Origin: an uncultured Acidobacteriota bacterium
GTDB taxonomy: Bacteria; Actinomycetota; Acidimicrobiia; Spongiisociales; ZC4RG35
Direction: 5' to 3'
Assembly: GCA_963828465.1 (NCBI GenBank)
Contig: CAWHEU010000018.1
Location: 256,001 to 320,000 of the forward strand
Length of the DNA: 64,000 nt
Within the stretch, counting starts at the first letter, position 1; the number at the start of each line of letters is the position of its first letter. The notes below the pieces were generated by a model. That model worked only from the letters and a program-made list of their open reading frames with translations. It made no database searches and was not told the DNA's origin. The position numbers and the translations under genes were made by a program. Shown one piece after another: positions 58,964-64,000 of this stretch.

Positions 58964-61126
58964 TCAGCTCTTGAATAGCCAGTCGACCGATTCTCCGAGC
59001 ATGGCCCGGACCTCCTCGGCCAGCTCGGGATGGTCGGCGAGTCCTGGATCCCTGTCGACGATGGCGAAGGCGTCATTGCGGGCGGCAGTCAGGAGGTCGA
59101 GATCTCGGAGCAAATCGGCGAGCTTCAGATCGGCAACGCCGGATTGTCTCGCCCCGAACACGGTCCCCTGTCCTCGGATCCTCAGGTCTTCCTGCGCCAG
59201 CACGAACCCGTCGGTGGTGGCTGCCATCGCGGCCAGACGCTCTTCACCATCCTCGGTGGCGGGATCGGCGATGAGCAGGCACAACCCCGGGTGCCGGCCG
59301 CGGCCCACCCTGCCCCGCAGCTGATGGAGCTGGCTGAGACCGAACCGATCGGCGTCCTCGATCACCATCACAGTGGCGTTGGGTATGTCGATCCCGACCT
59401 CGATGACCGTCGTCGCCACCAGCACGTCGATCTCACCGGCCCGGAACTGCGACATGACTGCCTCTTTCTCCACCGGTCTGAGCTGGCCATGGATGAGGCC
59501 CACGCGCAAATCTTTCATCAAGGCCGAGAGACGGTGGAACTCGGCCGTTGCCGAGGCGGCCTCGACCTTGGGGCTGTCCTCGACGAGGGGACAGACGACA
59601 AAGGCTTGACGCCCGTTGGCGACCTCCTCCGTGATCCGCTTCCAGGCCAGGGCCTCCTCCAGCCTGGAAACGACCTTCGTCTTGACCGGCGTGCGCCCAG
59701 GCGGCATCTCGTCGATGATCGAAACGTCGAGATCCCCGTAGAGGGTCATGGACAGTGTCCTGGGGATTGGTGTGGCGGTCATGATCAGCAAATCGGGGTC
59801 GATCTCATCGGCCTTCTCCTTCAGCATGACCCGCTGAGACACCCCAAACCGGTGCTGTTCGTCCACCACGGCGACACCGAGCCGGTGGAACTGGACCCCT
59901 TCCTGAATGAGTGCGTGGGTCCCGACCAGGATGTCGACTTGTCCGGAGGCGACGTCCGCGAGCAGATCCCCACGACTGACATCGGCCCGGTAATTGGCGG
60001 CGGCAGTCGAACCGGTGAGGATCCCGATGTGCACGGCCGGCCCATCCGAACCGAAGAGGCTGTCCATCCCCAGATCGCTGGGAGCCGCGAATGGCTCCGG
60101 AGACAGGCTGGCCTGGGCGAGTAGCCCGGTCACGCCCAGGTAATGCTGCACGGCGAGAACCTCGGTCGGCGCCATGATCGCCCCCTGCCATCCGCCCTCC
60201 ACTCCGCTGAGAAGGGCGGCCACCGCGACCACGGTCTTGCCCGAGCCGACCTCCCCTTGCAGGAGACGATGCATCGGGTGCGGCTCACGGAGGTCCTGGT
60301 CGATCTCCTCCAGCACTCTCACCTGGGCACCGGTGAGCTCGTACGGCAATCCTGCGATGAATCGGTCTGCCAATTCCCCACTCGGGGTGTGGGCGAACCC
60401 GGTGGCGTCCTCCATTTGACGACGCTTCTGCAGGGCAAGCGACAACTCGAGCCGGAAGAACTCGTCATAAACGAGGCGGTTCCGCGCCGGATCAACTCGA
60501 TCCAGCGATTCGGGGAAATGGATGTCGCTGAAGGCCTGGTCGCGGCTGATCAGGCCCTTCCGCTCCAGCATCTCGGCGGGTACCGGGTCGGGAATAGGCC
60601 GCGACCGGGTCAAGGCGATGTGCATGGCACGCAGGATCGCCCAGGGTTTCACCGACCCCACCTGTGGATGCACCGGCACGATCCGGCCGGTGACGATCGA
60701 TTCCTGGTCGTCTCCAAGCATCTCCACCACCGGGTTCGCCATCTGCAGTGACCCGTTGCGAGACGTCACGGTCCCGGAGAACGCCGCCTCGGTGCCAACC
60801 GGGAAACGTTTCTGTAGATAGGGCTGGTTGAACCAGATCACTTTGAGCGTCGCGGTCTCGTCGGCGATGATGGCCTCGGTGATCGATACCTTTTTCGGGC
60901 GCCGCGTGTTGATCTTCCTGACCTCGGCGATGATCGTCACCTCGGTGTCGAGGACGACACGATCCAGTCTGGGCTTGTTGGTGCGGTCGATGTATGTCCT
61001 GGGAACGTGATGGAGCAGATCGGCCACAGTCCGGATCCCTGCCTTGGACAGGGGCGCGGAATTCTTCGGCCCCAGCCATTTGATCTCCGACACCGGCACC
61101 TCGGCCAGACGGGTCAGAGTGGCCAT
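58964..61126 (-). CDS. recG: ATP-dependent DNA helicase RecG
   Basis: QGEVGSGKT, MAPTEVLA, DEQHRFG, MTATPIPRT, QLHQLRGRVGRG; start placed at ATG 61126. Confidence 0.97.
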   Translation of the reverse strand: MATLTRLAEVPVSEIKWLGPKNSAPLSKAGIRTVADLLHHVPRTYIDRTNKPRLDRVVLDTEVTIIAEVRKINTRRPKKVSITEAIIADETATLKVIWFNQPYLQKRFPVGTEAAFSGTVTSRNGSLQMANPVVEMLGDDQESIVTGRIVPVHPQVGSVKPWAILRAMHIALTRSRPIPDPVPAEMLERKGLISRDQAFSDIHFPESLDRVDPARNRLVYDEFFRLELSLALQKRRQMEDATGFAHTPSGELADRFIAGLPYELTGAQVRVLEEIDQDLREPHPMHRLLQGEVGSGKTVVAVAALLSGVEGGWQGAIMAPTEVLAVQHYLGVTGLLAQASLSPEPFAAPSDLGMDSLFGSDGPAVHIGILTGSTAAANYRADVSRGDLLADVASGQVDILVGTHALIQEGVQFHRLGVAVVDEQHRFGVSQRVMLKEKADEIDPDLLIMTATPIPRTLSMTLYGDLDVSIIDEMPPGRTPVKTKVVSRLEEALAWKRITEEVANGRQAFVVCPLVEDSPKVEAASATAEFHRLSALMKDLRVGLIHGQLRPVEKEAVMSQFRAGEIDVLVATTVIEVGIDIPNATVMVIEDADRFGLSQLHQLRGRVGRGRHPGLCLLIADPATEDGEERLAAMAATTDGFVLAQEDLRIRGQGTVFGARQSGVADLKLADLLRDLDLLTAARNDAFAIVDRDPGLADHPELAEEVRAMLGESVDWLFKS

Positions 61127-61270
61127 CTCAACTCGCTCGACGGTGTCGTCGCCACCAGGCAAACGGTAACGGCGGACTGTGACTTGACCCGGATCACAGC
61201 TATTCTTTCGTTCGGTCGTGACGGGCCTCACGCCCGTCTACCCTTCCAGACCACTCCAGGAGTCTTCGAG

Positions 61271-61459
61271 ATGTCTTATCGCTGTGAGATCTGCGGCAAG
61301 GAGCCGAGCTACGGGAAGACCGTGAGCTTCTCCCACAAGCGGAACAATCGCCGTTGGCTGCCCAACATCCAGAAGGTGCGGGTCCGCCACGGCTCCAACA
61401 CCCGCCGCGCCCGGGTGTGCACATCATGCATCCGAGCGGGCAAGATCGAGAAGGCCTGA
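61271..61459 (+). CDS. rpmB: 50S ribosomal protein L28 (Zn-binding form)
   Basis: MSYRCEICGKEPSYGKTVSFSHKRNNRRWLPNIQ...VCTSCIRAGK; AGGAG upstream. Confidence 0.97.
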   Translation: MSYRCEICGKEPSYGKTVSFSHKRNNRRWLPNIQKVRVRHGSNTRRARVCTSCIRAGKIEKA

Positions 61460-61461
61460 GC

Positions 61462-61677
61462 ATGCCGCAGGGCGTGGTCAAGACCTACGACCCTGTGACC
61501 GGCGCCGGAATCGTCGTCCAGGACGAAGACCGGTCCGAGGTGTTCCTTCGCCCCGGGTCCCTCAAGGGATCGATATTCCGCACTCTGCGACAGGGCCAAC
61601 GCCTCGTTTTCGAGACCGTCGAAGAAGACGGAAACGTCTTTGTGTCTTCAGTCAGAGTGGGGCAAGAGGGCTACTAG
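61462..61677 (+). CDS. Cold-shock-domain-like small protein (divergent)
   Basis: MPQGVVKTYD...G.GIV...EVFL...FRTLRQGQRLVFE: CSD OB-fold pattern. Confidence 0.75.
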   Translation: MPQGVVKTYDPVTGAGIVVQDEDRSEVFLRPGSLKGSIFRTLRQGQRLVFETVEEDGNVFVSSVRVGQEGY

Positions 61678-61680
61678 GCC

Positions 61681-62211
61681 TCAGAATCGGTAGCGGGTCT
61701 GGCTGTAAGGCTCCCCTTTGCCGAACGCCAGGACCTTGGATGGGGTAACACCGAACACGAGAGCCGTGGCCAGGTCGCCTGAGTCCCCCGCATCTCCGGC
61801 CGGATCACGGAATCCGCCGTCGACTACATCGAAGGGCCAGTCGAGCTTCGACATCCACATCGACGCCAGGCGCTCGAGCATGTGCATGTCCACGACCCGG
61901 ACCGCTGTGCCTTCGACGATCACGTCCAGCCCGGTCCCGAACTCATTCGTGCCGGTGGTGAGAGCGCAGCGTGGGTTCGCCTCGATGTTCCTCGTCTTCT
62001 GCTCATCCGGTCCGGTGCAGAAGTGCAGGGCCCCGTCGAGCCACATCGCCGGTAGCGGGGTCACGTGGGGCCGGCCGTCGCTCCGGACCGTGGACAGCCA
62101 GAAGATCTCGGCTGCCTCGATCGCGTCGAGGACCGTCTGCCAGGGAAGGGGTTTGGCCCCCTCGCTGCTGAAGCGCGCGTCGAGCTCGATCCTCGGTTCT
62201 GATGACGGCAC
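61681..62211 (-). CDS. Pyridoxamine 5'-phosphate oxidase family (flavin/F420-binding split barrel) protein
   Basis: FWLSTVRSDGRPHVTP, KTRNIEANP, VEGTA; start approximate. Confidence 0.88.
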   Translation of the reverse strand: MPSSEPRIELDARFSSEGAKPLPWQTVLDAIEAAEIFWLSTVRSDGRPHVTPLPAMWLDGALHFCTGPDEQKTRNIEANPRCALTTGTNEFGTGLDVIVEGTAVRVVDMHMLERLASMWMSKLDWPFDVVDGGFRDPAGDAGDSGDLATALVFGVTPSKVLAFGKGEPYSQTRYRF

Positions 62212-62288
62212 CACAGCACTTTCACCACGCACCACGCAAAATGCAATCAACTAGGGTCACGCCGACCCGAGACCCTAAGGAGGCTCAT

Positions 62289-62522
62289 TTGGTCCAGGCC
62301 TATGTCCTGATCCAGACCGAGGTCGGCAAGGCCGCCCTGGTCGCAGAGGAAGTGCGCGAGATCCCCGGTGTCGATTCTGCCGACGACGTGACCGGCCCCT
62401 ATGACGTCATCGTCAAGGCCACCAGCGACGACGTCGATTCCCTGGGGAAACTGGTCGTAGCCAAGATCCAGGCAATCGACGGGATCACCCGCACGCTCAC
62501 CTGCCCGGTGGTGCACCTCTGA
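62289..62522 (+). CDS. Stand-alone Lrp/AsnC ligand-binding domain protein
   Basis: AGGAGG then TTG; VQAYVLIQTEVGK...VTGPYDVI...GITRTLTCPV. Confidence 0.9.
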   Translation: MVQAYVLIQTEVGKAALVAEEVREIPGVDSADDVTGPYDVIVKATSDDVDSLGKLVVAKIQAIDGITRTLTCPVVHL

Positions 62523-62541
62523 TCCGGAGAAGAGCCGACTG

Positions 62542-62571
62542 AGAAAGGACCGGCACCCGCCGGTCCTTTCT
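62542..62571. terminator. Bidirectional terminator hairpin between convergent genes
   Basis: 13-bp perfect stem AGAAAGGACCGGC-accc-GCCGGTCCTTTCT. Confidence 0.75.
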
Positions 62572-62573
62572 GG

Positions 62574-63650
62574 TTAACCGAGTTTCGAGGCGATGGTGCC
62601 TGCGCTTCGCAGTGCCGTCCCATCGCTTCCCGCCACGGAGAACACCCTCACCAGCCCGCTTCGGGCCTCCTCCACCAGGTCACGGAACAACTGCTCCCGG
62701 CCGATGGGCGGGTCGATCCACAAATACGCGCCCATCGAGCCTGGGATGGTGTTCACCTCGTTGACGACGATTTCGCCGTCGCGCTCCAAGTAGTCGATCC
62801 GGGCGATACCTCTGAGCCCGGCCAACTCAGTCACCCGGACTGAAAGACGACGGATCTCCTCTTCGAGCGCAGATTCGAGTACAGCAGGCAGCTCCCGACC
62901 GGCACTCACATCACCACCCCAGGCGAGATACTTCTGGTCGTACGAATAGATCCCATCGGTGGCCCTGGCTGGGGCCTCGATCGCAGACAGCTCCCACTTG
63001 GGATGGGTGCGCACAGCCACCTGAAGGTCCCGGCTCGCCGCCAGGAATGGCTCGACCACTGCCCCCTGGTCGAGGAAGGTCGAACGTCTCTTCAAGGCAA
63101 GAACGGTCGGCCAGTCCTCTGCGACCTCGATGCCGATCGAGGAGCCACCAAAGCGGGGCTTGACGATGAATGGCCCTTCGAATGGCGGAGCCGACTCCTC
63201 GCCGGTGGCCACCATGGCACGAGGCAGTGTGGGCAGGCCTGCCGCCGCCATTGCCGCCCCGAAGGCCAACTTGTCCATCCCCAGGGCCGAGGCAGCCTGA
63301 CCCGGGCCGCTGTAACGAAGACCGACGAGGTCGAGCAGGCCTTGCAAGGTGCCATCCTCCCCCGGTCCGCCATGACAGGCGATGACTACCGCATCGATTT
63401 CCAGCCGCCGCTTCTTGAGAATCAGACCCTGGCCGAAAGCGGCGACGAAGGTCAGCTCACGCGAGCGCCGGGGAACACCGTCGGCGAATTCCGCAGCCTC
63501 CAGATCGGGCTCGACCTCGAACCAGTCCCCCGTCTTCGACCAGTAGATGGCGTGGACATCGCCGAGGGCGCGGGTGACCTGGAGACCGGTGAGTATCGAT
63601 ATGTCGTGCTCGTCGGACGGGCCGCCGAAGATGACCGCCGGTTTAGCCAT
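62574..63650 (-). CDS. ddl: D-alanine--D-alanine ligase
   Basis: FGGPSDEHDISI, HGGPGEDG, MDK, VKPRFGGSSIG, YSYDQKY, RIDY, NEVNTIPGS. Confidence 0.95.
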   Translation of the reverse strand: MAKPAVIFGGPSDEHDISILTGLQVTRALGDVHAIYWSKTGDWFEVEPDLEAAEFADGVPRRSRELTFVAAFGQGLILKKRRLEIDAVVIACHGGPGEDGTLQGLLDLVGLRYSGPGQAASALGMDKLAFGAAMAAAGLPTLPRAMVATGEESAPPFEGPFIVKPRFGGSSIGIEVAEDWPTVLALKRRSTFLDQGAVVEPFLAASRDLQVAVRTHPKWELSAIEAPARATDGIYSYDQKYLAWGGDVSAGRELPAVLESALEEEIRRLSVRVTELAGLRGIARIDYLERDGEIVVNEVNTIPGSMGAYLWIDPPIGREQLFRDLVEEARSGLVRVFSVAGSDGTALRSAGTIASKLG

Positions 63651-63658
63651 TCCGCTCC

Positions 63659-64000
63659 TCAGGGGTAGTGGTCAGGGAGATCGTTCTCGTAGAGGACGGC
63701 GTCTCCGGGGCCCAGATTCTGGCGGACCCAGTCGACCGCCTCCTCGCGCGACGTGACGACGGTAACCGAGGCACCTCCCTTGGCGGAACCTTCCAGTAGT
63801 GCGCCACGATTGGTCCGGCCGACGATGAGCAGGTCGTCGGCGAGGGCCGCCGATTCGGCGGCGAAAGTGAGGTTCTGATCGAACTGATCGGGCCCGAGCT
63901 CGACCATGCCCGGGGTCACCACGACCTTTCGCCCACCATCTCCAACCCTCTGTAGGAGACCGAGGGCAACCCTTGCCCCGTCGGGGTTCGAGTTGAAAGT
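63659..64000 (-). CDS. murF: MurF ligase, C-terminal part (starts outside window)
   Basis: FNSNPDG, VTPGMVELG, GDAVLYENDLPD; upstream of ddl. Confidence 0.88.
   Translation of the reverse strand, partial: TFNSNPDGARVALGLLQRVGDGGRKVVVTPGMVELGPDQFDQNLTFAAESAALADDLLIVGRTNRGALLEGSAKGGASVTVVTSREEAVDWVRQNLGPGDAVLYENDLPDHYP

Overview
High-GC bacterial chromosome window, most likely Actinomycetota and probably Acidimicrobiia. This is inferred from the DUF2469, DUF3052 and SepIVA-like genes, plsX, and many apparently leaderless genes. Both ends carry conserved housekeeping blocks on the minus strand: ffh-rpsP-khpA-rimM/trmD-rplS-lepB-DUF2469-yraN at left, and murF-ddl...recG-rsmD-coaD-yceD-rpmF-plsX-rnc-mutM-acyP-smc-ftsY-cdd at right (rpmB on the plus strand). 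Between them lies about 40 kb of accessory metabolism. The main component is a ~17.5 kb form I aerobic CO dehydrogenase locus (coxMSL with the AYRCSFR motif, an XdhC-YHS fusion, coxG, two CoxD/CoxE pairs, extra XdhC genes). The best candidate for an undescribed system is directly after coxG: five translationally coupled small proteins, each one TM helix plus a coiled coil in a shared heptad register, possibly a hetero-oligomeric membrane stalk for CODH. Other highlights are a leaderless Met/Cys-rich leader peptide with mutually exclusive hairpins upstream of a sulfurtransferase, a Xanthomonas-type acetylornithine-transcarbamylase arginine module, a degenerate GIY-YIG-like gene in the cox accessory operon, and a tandem ECF sigma/anti-sigma duplication with a conserved GTCA-N16-GGACA promoter motif. 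Six genes in the first ~30 kb carry single-base insertions that are probably long-read consensus errors. No rRNA, tRNA, CRISPR array or transposase was recognised. All calls come from motif recognition by eye; no database search was run.
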